A stretch of 64,000 nt of DNA from the human T2T-CHM13v2.0 reference genome, Homo sapiens (GCF_009914755.1 NC_060939.1), one strand, 5' to 3'; counted from the stretch's first letter, positions 1-14,990 are shown. Numbers and translations are program-made. Notes: generated from the sequence alone by a model not told the origin.

Positions 1-560
1 GGGGCATCCTTCTCTATCCAGGACTGGGGTTTGTCCTTCTCCATATAGGACTTGGGGGGCATCCTTCTCCATCCAGGACTGGGGTTTGTCCTTCTCCATA
101 TAGGACTTGGGGGGCATCCTTCTTCATCCAGGACTGGGGGGTTATCCTTCTCCATTCAGGACTGGGTTTGTCCTTCTCCATGTAGAACTAGGGGGCATCC
201 TTCTCCATTCAGGAATTGGGGAGCATCCTTCTCCATCCAGGACTTGGGGGACATCTTTTTCCATCCAGTAACTAGGGGGCATCCTTCTCCATCCAGGACT
301 GAGGGGGGCATCCTTCTCCATCCAGGACTTGGACGACCATCTTTCTCTATCGAGGACTTGGGGGACCATCCTTCTCCATCCAGGACTCAGGGGACATCAT
401 TCTCCATCTAGTAACTAGGGGGCATCCTTCTCCATCAAGGACTAGGGGGCATCCTTTTCCATCCAGGACTGGGGGGCATCCTTCTCCATCCCAGAATTGG
501 AGGGCATCTTTCTCTATCCAGTATTGGGGGTCATCCTCCTCCATCCAGGACCTAAGGGGT
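1..560. repeat. Minisatellite, ~28-30 bp unit (GGGGCATCCTTCTCCATCCAGGACTGG-like); window starts inside the array
   Basis: About 19 visible copies of CCTTCTCCATCCAGGACT variants; 1-55 and 56-111 form a near-identical two-unit repeat. Confidence 0.95.
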
Positions 561-1365
561 GTCCTTTTCTGCGCTTCCATGGATGGCAGCCTTGCCTGTG
601 CAGTCATTCAGAAAGTCAGGCTGACACATGTTGTCGTCTTGAACTCTGGCATCTCATCTCTATTCTAGGTGAATGCCTTCATGTTTATAGTGATTTACCA
701 TTAAATCACTGTGCTGTTTTTCCCTAAAATATATGGGGCGTGTTTTTTGTTCTGACTTCTTTTAGTCCTTTGGTCCCTATCTCCGGGTTTTTGTAATTTC
801 TTTTGCAACCTAATATGGGTCCCATTTGGTAAGTATTACATATACTAGAAAGTGATGTACATTCAGCATTTGTTGTGATTTAAAACCTTTTATAAACACA
901 TAACATCTTTGTCTATTTCCCATTTAAATTCAGAAGTATGAGTTCCAGTGTCCCTCTCTAGACCTGCTCTATCCTGTTAGTTTCTTTGTATGTCCTGGAG
1001 GTGAGGCCAGCATTGGACTTGACGTTGGTTCACCTACCCGGTTCTATGGTCCCTCCATGTGCAGTGTCAATCTTGTTGTTTATTATTTCTTCCTTAAATT
1101 TTATTTAAACTAAAATTAATTTTGTGATAGCAGCTTGCTTTCTGTGAATATTTACTTAAAATTTTTATAAACTATTTAATTTTTAATTTCTTTAATTTGA
1201 AAGTGCTGCTTAGTTATTGATAATTTTGTATTTTAATATATGAGGTTAATCCCTCTATGTTTGGTAGGAAAAAGTGATATATTTGAACTTATTTCTATCA
1301 TTTGATTTTTGGATTTTGTATTTGCAAAGCTTTATCCTCAATTCTCTTTTCCTTTTTTCAGATTT

Positions 1366-1670
1366 CTTTTCTTTTCTTCTTTTTTTTGGGGGACAGAGTT
1401 TCGCTCCTGTTGCCAAGGCTGGAGTGCAATGGGGAGATCTTGGCTCACGACAACCTCTGCCTCTCGGGTTCAAGCAATTCTTCTACGACAGCCTCCAAGT
1501 AGCTGGGGTTACAGGCATGCACCACCATACCCAGCTAATTTTGTATTTTTAGTACAGACAGAGTTTCTCCATGTTGGTCAGGCTGGTCTCGAACTCCCAA
1601 CCTCAGGTGATCCACCCATCTTGGCCTCCCAAAGTGCTGGGATTACAGGCATGAGCCACTGCGCCCGGAC
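1366..1670 (-). mobile_element. Alu (AluS, Sp/Sq-like)
   Basis: Full dimer on reverse strand; cagattt on both flanks. Confidence 0.95.
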
Positions 1671-2748
1671 TTCCAGATTTATTTTCAATCAATGTTTCAT
1701 TTTCCACTTCCTTCCTATGCTGGCTTGTAGGTTTTCCAGGCTATTTACCTTTATTTGGTGTCAAAAATTCTTTTGGGAACTTTTGAGTTGTCAACCAATA
1801 GTTGTAAGCATATTGGATATTGCTGTTTTTCTCCCAGTGCTCTGGTTATAATCTCTCCTATTAATACCTTGTAGTCTTATTGTTGTAGTTTTTTTTCTAT
1901 TAATTTCTGAGATATAAGAATTAGAATTGTCAAATTGTGGATTTATGCATTTATCATTTTAATTCAATAACTTTTGCTTCATGTATTTTGTTATTTTTCT
2001 TAGGTGTATGCATGCTTATGCTTATTAGGTTTTCTAAGCAAATGGACTTATTAGTATAAAACATCCTTCTTTATCCCTGGTGAAGCTTGTCTTTCTTGTA
2101 GTCTGTCTTATCTGCCATTAATACACTGGCTGCAGTTTTTGATAACAAAGATTTGCATAGTGTATATTTGTCCATCTTTTCAGTTCAAATCTATTTATAT
2201 CTTTATCTCATAAGTGTATTTCGTTTTAAAAGTGGTTATTGAGGTTTCCTTTTTACTTATTTTGACAGTCTCTGTTCCGCCTTCCTCATCTTCTTCTGGA
2301 TTATGGTAGTTTTGGTTTGTTTGTTTGTTTTATGGGGTTTTCTTTTTGTTTTTTTTTAGTATGGATTTTGTACCTTGTTTTTTTTTTAACTATGACTCTT
2401 TGTTTCATTTATTTATTTTTGGTGAGTTGTTCAGAAATTAAAATATAAATACTTAATGTATATTAAATATCATAACACTGTATATAAAATATAAAAACCT
2501 TACCTTACCATCCTCTCATCTTTTGTGCCATGTTGTCATAGATTTTTCTTTTGTACATGTTGTAATTCCTGGAGGATGTCATTAAAACAGTAATTTCCCC
2601 TCCACATATTTACTATTTTTGGCACACTTTCATCTTTTCTGTGAAGTAGAATTTCCAACTGTTATTTTTCTTCATCCTGAACAAGTTTATTTATTGGGGT
2701 TTGGGTGTGATGGCAACACGGTCTCTCAGACTTTCTTTAACTGAAAAT

Positions 2749-3268
2749 ACTGGGTATATACCCAAAGGACTATAAATCATGCTGCTATAAAGACACATGC
2801 ACACGTATGTTTATTGCGGCACTATTCACGATAGCAAAGACTTGGAACCAACAATGTCCAACAATGATAGACTGAATTAAGAAAATGTGGCACATATACA
2901 CCATGGAATGCTATGCAGCCATAAAAAATGATGAGTTCATGTCCTTTGTAGGGACATGGATGAAATTGGAAATCATCATTCTCAGCAAACTATCGCAAGA
3001 ACAAAAAATCAAACACCGCATATTCTCACTCATAGGTGGGAATTGAACAATGAGAACACATGGACACAGGAAGGGGAACATCACACTCTGGGGACTGTTG
3101 TGGGGTGGGGGGAGGGTGGAGGGTTAGCATTGGGAGATATACCTAATGCTAGATGACGGGTTAGTGGGTGCAGCGCACCAGCATGGCACATGTATACATA
3201 TGTAACTAACCTGCACATTGTGCACATGTACCCTAAAACTTAAAGTATAATAATAATAAAAAAAAAAA
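2749..3268 (+). mobile_element. 5'-truncated young L1 (L1PA2-like): ORF2 end, 3'UTR, poly(A)
   Basis: 3'UTR ctaatgctagatgac...ttagtgggtgcagcgcaccagcatgg; poly(A); TSD gaaaat at 2743-2748 and 3269-3274. Confidence 0.95.
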
Positions 3269-6200
3269 GAAAATGTACTTTTCTCAACTTCAGTTCTGAA
3301 GGCTGCTTCAGCAGGTTCAGAATTCTAGGGACACTTTCGACTTAGAATAGCATGAAGTCTCTGCTTAGCAATGATCTGGGCACCATCGAACATATTACTA
3401 TATCCAGCTGTGTCAAATCTGTCATCGGCCATAGAACGCTTTGACAGGTGCTTCTTGTTGCTTAAGTTCTAAGTATTTCATAGTCTTCAGAGACATGGAG
3501 AAGTAGCAGTGCTAGTAACAGTACCAGTAAAACCAGGTTAAGCCCTAAAATAATTAAGAAGCCATTGCATGCACACACGTGAACGTTTGACTTCAGCTAC
3601 AATGCTTTCAAATGTACTATTTTAACTTTATACAAGGTCATAACACAAATTAAAATTTTAAAAATACTTTCACTTTACATATGTGAAAACTGCAGCTCAA
3701 AGAATTTAAAAGACGTGACTGAAATCCCATAACTAGGTAAAGATGGTCTAATCTGGAGCCCGCATGTCTTGGTCCCCCCACGCCCTGTTACAGAGAGTGC
3801 GAGGCTTCACCAGGAAGCTCTTTTGGCTCAAGGATTAGCTCTGGGGAGGTGCAGCAGGCAGGCCTGCTTTGCATCCTCTTTACAGCAGAAATCCAATGTT
3901 TGTTCATGTTTCTAGTTCTTTTTGTTTTGTTTTGTTTCTTACCAGCATGGCTCTGGGAGTTATTTACACAATTCAATTTTAAAAGAGACAGTCCCCATCA
4001 TTAGGATTCCTTGGAAACTTATGCAAAAAATAAATAAATAAATACTGATAGATGAGCAACTTCTGCAAAATTGTGATATGTGTAATATATCTAATTGTAA
4101 TGAAAGAAACATGTGTATCACAGTAATAATTTAATTTATTACTGTCATTTTCTTGCCAGATTTGAGGGCAATTTTTTTAAGCTCTCCACATGTGGTTTAC
4201 TGTGGACCAAACACTGGCAGCTTCAGGCTTACAATCTGCTGACAAACCCTTCTCAGTTCCTTCATTTGAAAAATGTGAGCATGCACTGCTCATGTGCCTG
4301 GCAAGCACGTAACTCACTCAGGAGAAGGACAGTGGCCACTCAGGTCATCAGGTGAACTTGTGACGAGGCCATCAAGAGGCTGCACGTGAGCTCCAGAAAA
4401 TGAAATTCCCACTATCAACCTATTCCCCATTTCCACCCAATGCCCCCGCCCCTGCTCCAAAGCAAAGTCTCCACCTCTTAGGAATGCTTGATTTTCAGTA
4501 TTGCTGAACAGGGGTCAAAGAAAACAAACTGAACAAAGACACAAATGAAGCCTTTAACACAGGGAGCAAAGACACAGCACCTCCCCACTCCACAACAGCT
4601 CCAGAGCTGCACAGCTGCTGCCAGAGCCTGAGCACAGGCTGAGCTCTGGCCCGTGGATCTCACCAATGCCTTTCTTCCCTCTGTGTCAAAAAAAGTATCC
4701 ATAAATGGGATTCATTTACTCGGGACATAAAATAATGTATACCTACAGTTTCGTCCCAGAACTGTGTAAACCGGCATGCTGTCTGCCACAATACAGTCCT
4801 CACCCTGCATCAGGAGCTCAGATGGGGGAAGCTGGCAGGGCTGGAAGCCTGGGAGTCACAGGTGCTTGGAGGAGACAGAAAAGCACCACAGAGAGCCAGG
4901 CCCTGCCTACAAGTCACATGTTTAGGGGTCTGGTTGTCTGGGCAGGCTGGGAGATGCTCTCTAAAGGAAACGCAAGAAATATTGCCCCACATCTCCCACC
5001 ACCAAACAGAAAGTGCAGGTGGTCAGCCCCAGGGCTCACCTGCTCTTTGCCAGGGTCACGAGTCAGACCCAGGCTGCGCCCTCCACACAATCCTCAAGGG
5101 GACTTCCTGCCAGGCTGGGACAACTGCACGGGGCCCTGATGCCCTGGGAAGGACAGGGTTGCATTTAACAGAAACAGCTAAACCTGAAGGGATGAGCTTG
5201 CCTTTCCCCGGGGCCATGGGATGGTTTATAGAAAGTTCTACCCATCAGGACAAGACCTCACATGACACCATCAGAGGAACTGATTTCACACCACAGAGGG
5301 AGGAAGAGGGCACATGCCATAGGTCTGCTGGTCACAGCACACACACACTCCTGGGAGCTTCAGACCCAGCAGTGGTGGCTCAGGTGCCAGGTCAGGATGT
5401 GGGAGGACACAGTGTCTGGGTGAATCTGTCACCTTTGCTAGCTGCCTTGTCCCACCAGGTAGAAGATGTGGCAATGGGAGCACAGCAGTAGGAAGCCCAG
5501 TGTCCCCCAACCTTCCACCTCACAGCCAGGACCTCTGAGGGGCATCTATATCCTGCATATCTAGGCTCTGAAAAGCAGGAGGCCCTGGTTTCCACAGTTG
5601 TGGGGCTTCTAGCCAGGGCTGGGCCAGGTTCTCTGAAAAAACAAGCTCCGGGTGCTGCTTTGTCCTCAGGCTACTCCTCCATGGGACCTGCAGGCAGAAA
5701 AATGGGTACCACCTGGACCGTGGTGTTAGCAGAAGCAGGGCTGTGCTGCCTGGGGAAGGAGGGGCTCCACGCAAGTACCTCCCGGTACACAGCATTTGAT
5801 GGCATGTGGACAAGTGCGGGAGCCCTAGACCAAGGACTCTGTGGTGAGCAAGGCTCAGGACCCCTTAGGGGTGAGGGCCTGGGTTACACCACCAGGGGGT
5901 CACCAGGACCCTCAGCAGAAGGTGGAGGGGGTGGCAATCATTACCTGTGCGACCCTGAGATGGGTGGCAGCCACAGAACCTAGGGTTCATTGAACCCACC
6001 TTTTGTAACTAGTGCCCAGGAAAAGGCCTAGAATTTAATAAAGACGAGGCCCCTGTCAGTGGAGTGCTGGATGGGGCGCACCCCCTGGGGTACACCTGAA
6101 CCTCCCCCAGGGCCTTGGCTGTGAGCTTTGATTGTAGACATACTTATGCCACGGCCCCTTCAGACTGCTCCCTTCACCTCTGAAAAATCAGACAGGATGC

Positions 6201-9050
6201 TTCTGTTCCTGGAAACATGAATGCCCTTCATGTGTTTTTTACTTTGACTAGAAACTCATCTGCAACTGAAATATATGCAGAGAACTCATGTGCTCCCAAG
6301 GTTTCCAGGCATCTCTGAGAGTTTGCTTCTCAGTTCCCAGGTGTGACAGCTCCAAAGCAGGTGCTGCTGGTTTCTCATCTCAGTGTATTTTAGTTCCCTG
6401 TGGACAGCATGTTTCTAACCCCTTGCACACGCTTGGCTCAGATTTTTGAAAAAGCCAAGGGTGGGAGGCAGAATGATGTGGAATGGGCAGAAACTATGAG
6501 TAAAGGCTGGCCTCACCCCAGGAGGAGACAGAAGGCATTAGCCCAGTGACAGTGCCAGGGAACCCATGCGGCAGCCTAGGGAAGGTCAGGGAATGGAGCT
6601 GGGGTTTCGGCTGTCGCCATCCCAGGGTTAGACTCAGCCAGGTAAACGGCTGATTCTCCTTCATAGAACCCTTGGGCTGGCACAAAACATGTGATTCACA
6701 GCGAGAGAAAGACCACTCATGTCCACCCCCTGTAGCCTCCACACACCTGAGCCGGTACCTGACATATCCCAGAACAAGACTCCACAGCTATGCATCTGTT
6801 CTCTCCAGGGCATTTCATGATGAGAGAGGGATTTACTTAACATGATGAAAATAGAAGAGGAAATGACCTTGATGAGAACATAGTTCCACACCCGCCATCC
6901 AGGGCCTAGGAATAGTGCTCAGCCAGGGCCCGGCCCTTCTAGGGCTCTTGGAAGCTGCAGTGGAGGTGGTGTTGGGACAAGCAAGAGTGACCATTTGCAG
7001 GCAGTGTGGGCACCAGGCCATCTGCAGGGGAAAAGCCCAGTGGGAGGATGAGAGGACAGCAGAAACCTGGCAGGGGCTATGCACCCCCTCCCCGTGGGAA
7101 GGGGATACACTCCCAGGTGGAGCCACTGTTTACATTGAAATCACTCAAGTCCATCACCAGGAAACACAAAGAGGATTGTCTCACCAGAGATTAGTGACAT
7201 GGGACTTAAACAAAATGCCAGTCAGCAAATGAGAGGATTCTTACTTCCACAGACCTCATGTCTACAGTTGCAGTAAGCAAGACTGAACTCAGCCATGCTC
7301 ACCTGCAGACACTGAGATGCTTGCTAGGAGGCTGTGGGGTGGAATACAAGACACGAGGGCTGACAAGGATGGGAAGAGCATCCCTTTCCTTGCTGTGGGG
7401 GGCCTTGGCCAGTTCAAAAATAGATAACATGGGTCTCAGAGCTCCTGAGGCAAGAGCTACGTTGGCATTCAGAGATACTTGGATGATGGCATTGTCTTCA
7501 GTAGAACCTCGAAAAAGCACCAAGGACTCCCAGGCAACTTAGCTTAAATCTCTCTCGAGTAGAGCTGGTCTTCGGGATCTCCATCAAGTGAGTGATGCCT
7601 TTACCACCATGACAGCACATTATAAAGATGGCCTTGCTACCAGCAGGGACAGGCCTGATGATACTGATCCTGAGGAGGAATCTTATAAACCCATATAATT
7701 TAATTTTGGGTAGGCTCAAGCTCATCACTGAGATCATCCTTTGTATGACGATCCATGAGGCCACCGTGAAGAGCATGGATGCACCCAGGCCGCAGAGGGG
7801 CCCTCTTCATCCTGGATGAGGAGCCCACAGTGGCCATTGCCCCTCAGTCAGAATAAAATCAAGACAAAAGCAATCAGAAGACCCATACACTATGAGGCTG
7901 AGCCATTTTTCAAAGATGTCAAAATAGGAAAATAAAAAAATGGAAGAAAACCCAGAATTTAATCCCCTGACTTGCTCCAGAGGCCTCCCCAACTCCAGGC
8001 CACCAGAAGCGGGGACCCTGCAGAGGAACTCTCCCTGGGTAGAAATTCACTGGTTTTTGCCTTCCACCAGATGTTGGCAACTTCAATTTCATCTTTTTTG
8101 ACATCATAGCTAATGTTAAAAGGACTCAGATCAAAAAAAAGTGATGTGGCTGCAGCCCTGACAATGCTCCCAGTGAGAATTTGTGCAAAACTCTTCCCTC
8201 GACTTGCAAAACCGGGTCCAGGCAGGGTCTTAGGGCCGTGACGACTGCATCTCTGCCTCCTCTTCTCTGCAGTGCGGCCTCTTCACAGGCAGAGCATTCA
8301 TTCCTCTTTAGCTTCTCACCAGCCCAGGATGCAGGGAAGAAGTAGCTTATCAGCACAGTCTTGGAATATTTTTACTTTACCAGCTGGGCTCCTATGAACA
8401 ATGTGTCCAGCTATAGGTAAACAATGTGTGCAAATAATGTGAGAGTGACAGCACCGTGTCAGGACCATGCGAGAAGCTGGCCAGAGGCACTAGCAGCAGA
8501 TGGGATGCCGATGGGGGTGACCAAAATACAATATGGGGCAGTTGCATGCCATGATCAATCCGCAGGGGTAGGGGAAACAATAACCCTGGGCCTGGCTAAC
8601 ATTTGCATGTGAGAACATTGACCCAAGTCCCCAGGAGAACGTTGAAGAGAACCGCGGCTTATTGTCAAAGGGAAAAGTAACCGCAGAGTTTTCTTTCTGC
8701 TTCTAAGCAGATGGGAGGGGCGTAGCCTGCAGAACCAAGGGTGTGGGGGTCCTAGAATGTTGGTGGTGGTTGTTCAGCAAAGGGCTTCACTTCTCAGCCT
8801 GCAGAACTTTCCGCCCGTGAGTGTGGGTTACATCTATACATACACAGGAAATCATATACTCCCACTCAGCCACCCACATCTAAACATGGTAGTATTAGGA
8901 AAAATAGGAAAGCAACATCCTACTAGATTACATTGTTTACAGTGAAACCATTTAAACCCCTGAGCCTCTGTGTCACCAATTAACATTGCGTGTAAGGAGA
9001 ATGCCTGCCCCGTGGGGGTTTGTAAAAACAAAATGTAAAAATAAAATGTA

Positions 9051-9192
9051 GGCTGGGCGCGGTGGCTCAAGCCTGTAATCCCAGCACTTTAGGAGGCCGA
9101 GGAGCGTGGATCACGAGGTCAGGAGATCGAGACCATCCTGGCTAACTCGGTGAAACCCTGTCTCTACTAAAAAAAATAAACAAATAAATAAT
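9051..9192 (+). mobile_element. Alu left monomer only (AluY/Sc diagnostics) with TSD
   Basis: ggatcacgaggtcaggagatcgagaccatcctggctaac then A-rich tail; TSD aaaataaaatgta at 9038-9050 and 9193-9205. Confidence 0.9.
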
Positions 9193-11564
9193 AAAATAAA
9201 ATGTAGAGTGCTTGGTAAACTAAAGTTCTAAATAAATATTACTTGTTCTATTACTATGTCAGAAGTACAAGTCACAAGACCGGAATACTTCACTTGAATA
9301 AGAACTCAGTGCAAAGAAGTTGGATAAATCGGTGAGTTTGAAACTGCAACAGGACTAAAACGATGCCAATTAATTTATTAATGTATTCATATTCATTAAC
9401 TTATTTATATTCAAATGAATTAAATATTTAGTGCATGCTTGGAGCTGGGAACACACAGCCATCAGGGCCGCACGAACTCCGTCCTCACTGCGGTTGTTTT
9501 CAGATGACCTCAGAGGAAAATAAGAGGGAAACACTGGCAATTTCCTCCCGTTGATACCTTAGCTGACTGCATAGCTCGTGTTAGGTCGGTCTTAATGAGG
9601 AAATCAGAATATTCGGGGCTTCAGTATTAAAACTACAAATCTCTATGGCAAGCATTCAGAGCTCTTTGTATTAGACATCAGTGGCTGCAGTAACGTTACC
9701 TGAGAAACCCGCATGCTTTCTGAACACTGGCATGAGTTTCCTTTCCTTTCGGGCCACTATATGTGGAAAAACACTTTCACCCATGACCCTAAGTGTCCCA
9801 AACTGCAGAAGAGGCAGATAGTAGCCAGCTAGTCCCTGTCAAAGGCCCATTGCCCTCTTCTGGGTCAGCCTGGTCCACCCAGCCCGAGGTGCTCTCTGAG
9901 ACAGCCTAGCCACCACGCCACAAGCCCCTCAGCCTAATCAGAGCATCAGGATGCTGTGCACAGCCATTAGCTGGGGTGACTCAGAATTATCTGCTGTAGA
10001 ACAGGGCTCCAAGTGAAGGATGTGGTCACTCAGACCACGTAGATGGTTCAAGCTCTTACTCCTCTGTCAGCTCAGTGCCTGCACAGTGGAAAGGAAGTGC
10101 ATCTATTGATTTCTTGGCCAAAAGAACAAGTTAATACATTTTTTAAAACTTTGACACTTTGTCTTAAAGCAACAGTGGGCCTTGTTTAACTAAAATCTCA
10201 TTTCTTCAGCCTAATATTGCTGGAAAGGCCCCCAACCAAGGCAAGCCCCTGGGGGAGAGAGAGCAGCTAGGATGCTGGCACCAGATGGCTTTGTTCCCCA
10301 GCCTTCAATATACTCAGTTACAAAATAACCACATCAGAGGTTTGATAAGATTATCCCCCAGGCCATTTTTCAGGTCTAAATGTTACCATATTTTACGAGA
10401 ATACAGTATTTGAATCAACTCTCAGGGGACCCAGCCTTCAGGAGACACTGAAGGAATACAGCCATTTTTCTAGCCTCAAAAGCATGGTTTGCAAACTGGC
10501 TTGTTCTTTGCAGGAGAAAACCACACACGTGGCCATTGATGCCCTTGGTTGACAGAGTTGACGGGATTTTCTCTGGCTCTCACCTTGAGGGCATCATCAG
10601 CATCCTGAAGTCACTAGCGGGCCTCTGTGCAGATGTCCTTTCGAGGGGCTTCAGGCTGTGGAAGTGACCAGTGAACACAGGACCTGCCTGGACTCCCAGC
10701 CTCACAGCACAGCACCACAGCCTGGACTGCCCCCTGCCTGATACTTGCTTGGTTTGGAACTTTACTCCATCAAAACATCCAAATAAAAATATGTAGACTC
10801 CCCACCCTATCCCATCTGCTATAGGGTTCTAATTCCCCCACAGACATCCCATCACAGTGCTTTCCCCCATGACGGGGGACTCCTGAGCTGGACTCCATCC
10901 CTCCCCTACCAGAAAAGCACAGGTGCTGTGGCATGAGTTCAACCGCCTGAAATTCCCTGATCTTCAGAGTAATAATTCTAAAATAGGGCAATAATACCCC
11001 TGTCAGTGTTCTTGGAAGAACTTCTCATTACTTGAGGCCCCAGAAATGCAAACACTCCTCCGGTTTTCCAGCATGCTGTCAACCCTGGCATCAGAGCTCT
11101 TCCTGCCGTGGGCACTGGTAATTGACTTACTGGAGAAAGTCAAGCTTTTAAGTCCCAGGAATAAAGGATTCCTATTTCCTTAAGCTGTGTTTATTTGTAC
11201 GCTATTGCTGGTAGAGTCAATGTGTACTGAGTGAAGATGAGGCAAGAGTGTCAAAGAGTGATTTCCAATAAGATGAAAAGTGATCTGCAGTTTCTACTTC
11301 CTTAACCAGCAGGAAACGTTTCTCCTGTAGCATCGGACAGTGGAGGCAGTGGCGCTCAGTGTGGGGCCTCCTGGCTGAAGGAGGGGACAACACGGTGTCC
11401 CATCTCCCTAGATGCTGTATGCACCTCACCTGGCTGGTGATTTACTTGACAGAAACCCATGTGTGGAGTAGGGAGTGCTGCCTTTGGCATCTACCCAGTT
11501 TCTGCTCTGGACTCTGCCTCTTAGCAAGGGTGACTTGTGGGCCCAAATCACCTGGTGGCTGTGA

Positions 11565-11635
11565 GCCACTCCACTCCAGCCTGGGCAAGAGTGAGACCTT
11601 GTGTGAAAATAAAATAAAATATAAAAATAAAAATA
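11565..11635 (+). mobile_element. Alu 3' fragment
   Basis: gccactccactccagcctgggcaagagtgagacc plus A-rich tail. Confidence 0.85.
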
Positions 11636-11934
<299 letters not shown>

Positions 11935-12244
11935 GTCTTTAAGTCATTCATCAATTTTATGTGTTTACTATTTCTTCTCCCATTCCATAAAGCCTACAGT
12001 CATATAACACAAAGGGAAAATCAGGACAGCCACATATAAATAAAGGTGCAAAGTCGAGGCAAGAGTGGACCTTAGGGGCCAAGCAAGGGTCATTGCTGAG
12101 CTTCACATTTAGCCCTGGGCTTTCTGGAAGCCAGAGTGAAAAGAGAGACACAACCAGCTGCATAAGAGTTATCAAAAAGCAGGAAGCGCACTGGTTTTTC
12201 TGGTAGTAAAGCAAGGGCTTTCCAAGAATTTACCTCTAAAGTAA

Positions 12245-12539
<295 letters not shown>

Positions 12540-12591
12540 TAAAGTAATTTCTTACTTGAGATTTTATTTCAGGCTACTGTGTCATGCACTG

Positions 12592-13290
<699 letters not shown>

Positions 13291-13550
13291 CAGATGCAGG
13301 AATAGATTTCATTTGACTAGCTCTCCCAGACAGTTTCCAGAAAAGTCAAGGGTAGAATGTTAAAAGGCAACTCAGAGGAGGTGAATCTGTTAGGGCCTGC
13401 GGTAATGCAATCCTGGTTTGTGGAATTCTGCAGGCTAATGTGGGTAGGTTACAATTTTGGGGGGAGGGGTTTATTTTGTTTGAAAATTCACTTCTTCCCG
13501 CTAAGCTTTTGATTAGGAGCTGAAGTTGAATCAGCTTGAAATTGTATTCT

Positions 13551-13839
13551 GGACCGGGTGCGGCGGTCCATGCCTTTAATCCCAGCGCTTTGGGAGGCCG
13601 AGGTGGGTGGATTGCTTGAGCCCAGGAGTTCGAGACCAGCCTGGACAAAATGGCAGAAACTCCGTGTCTACAAAAAATACAAAAATTGGCGGGGCATGAT
13701 GTTCTGCGCCTGTAGTCCCAGCTACTCAGGAGGCTGAGGTGGGAGGATCACTTGAGCCCGGGAGGCGGAGTTTGCAGTGAGCTGAGATGTCACTGCATTC
13801 CAGCCTGGGCGACAGAAAAAAAAAAAGAAACGAAAAAAA
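13551..13839 (+). mobile_element. Alu (AluJ)
   Basis: Dimer; TSD gaaattgtat(t/c)ct. Confidence 0.95.
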
Positions 13840-14089
13840 GAAATTGTATCCTGAATACATCTTCTAAAACACTACATTTACTTGCACTATATTAAACTGG
13901 TTTTATCCTGACCACAATTGCAGGTGAAAGATAACCACTGTTGTTCTATTTTTCTGGTAAGTAGAGTGAGCCATGTCTTGCCCAGGGAAAGACGCCTCCT
14001 AAAAATTTGTAGGACCACCTTTGGTTATCTTCCAGATTTTTTTTTGTCATCGCTTTTCCTGCGCCCAATTCCCATCTGTCTAGCCCTTC

Positions 14090-14990
14090 TGCCTCCGCTG
14101 GGCTTTTTCGCGAGCCTCTCCCCAGCCGCTGGTATTCGTCTGGGCTGCAGCCCCGCCTATCTCCTGGGGCGTGACCACCTGTCCAGGCCCCGCCCCCGTC
14201 CAACAGGCGGAGACCCGCCCCCTTTCCCGGACACCGGCTTCAGCGCCCGAGCGTGCGCGCGGGTCTCCGCTCGTCGCCCGGCTCGGCGTCGGGAGTGCAC
14301 TCTGTGTGGCCGCTGCTGCAGTGTTCTTGTGGTTGTGAGAAGGCGGCGGCGGCGGCGGAGTAGCAGCCGGACCAGACGCCCTAGTAGCTCAGTCGCTGCC
14401 CTGCGCCGGGCCTGGCAGGGAGCCTGGTGAGATGGTGGAGGAGGAGGCTGTGCCGTGGCGGGCCTTGCCATGTCCTGCTGCCTGGTAAGAACCCCATCCC
14501 CGTCCCCTGTCTCCTCCCGGGGTGAGGAGGAGCTGGAGGAGGGGCCGGCCTCTGTACGGCCCCGGCCAGGCGGCTGTCACCCTCTGAGGAGGCAGCGCCA
14601 GGGGAGGGGCGTCCCGGGCGGCCGCCGCCGCCAGGGGGAGGCGCTGGGAGTGGGAGTGGGAACGGGACCTCAGCGGTCGAGCTCGGCCGGGACCCTAGGT
14701 GCGGGGGAGGCGGGGTCCCGGGCTCCGGCTGCCTGCCCAGACCTGGCGGGGATGGGCCCGTGCGGCTCCGGGTGTGGGACGTATCCTGGGAGCGCCCGGG
14801 GTTATTCCCACTGACTCCCGGGAGGTGGGTGTGCGCCCTTCGCCCCCTGCCTGGTCTGTGGGGATCCATCGTTGCTGGAGACTGGAGGTCGGGGGCCATG
14901 GGAGCCCCGGGGCGAACGGTGCGGGCCTGGGTCTTGTGGAAAGGAGGAGCGACCGCCTGAGCGTGCAGCAGGACGTCCTCCTGACCTGGT
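14090..14990. promoter_or_regulatory. CpG-island promoter with GC boxes and an NRF1-like element
   Basis: Dense CpG against a CpG-depleted background; ccccgcccc ~14188, ccgccc ~14215, gcgtgcgcgc ~14251, (GGC)5 at ~14342-14358. Confidence 0.9.
14285..14484 (+). other. Probable first exon of an unidentified, probably duplicated gene or lncRNA
   Basis: GGC-repeat leader; splice donor CTG|gtaaga at 14484/14485 followed by G-rich intron start; TSS approximate. Confidence 0.7.

Larger units (their letters stand above)
590..3340 (-). mobile_element. Old degenerate L1 (L1M-type) fragments, interrupted by an Alu and a young L1
   Basis: T-rich sequence resembling reverse-complement L1 ORF1 end/ORF2 start; boundaries approximate. 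Confidence 0.6.

Noticed and set aside
52-607. Repetitive ORFs (GHPSPSR, MEKD...) and a CRISPR-like look
   Set aside because: Translations of a tandem minisatellite; no unique spacers and no cas genes; eukaryotic DNA
4705-5983. ORFs of 127-209 aa in the GC-rich block
   Set aside because: No recognisable homology; overlapping frames are equally open
7530-7820. Faint MAGE-like peptides (VELVFGISIK, PAGTGLMILIL)
   Set aside because: Short, interrupted by stops, spacing unconvincing; would need tBLASTn/HMMER support
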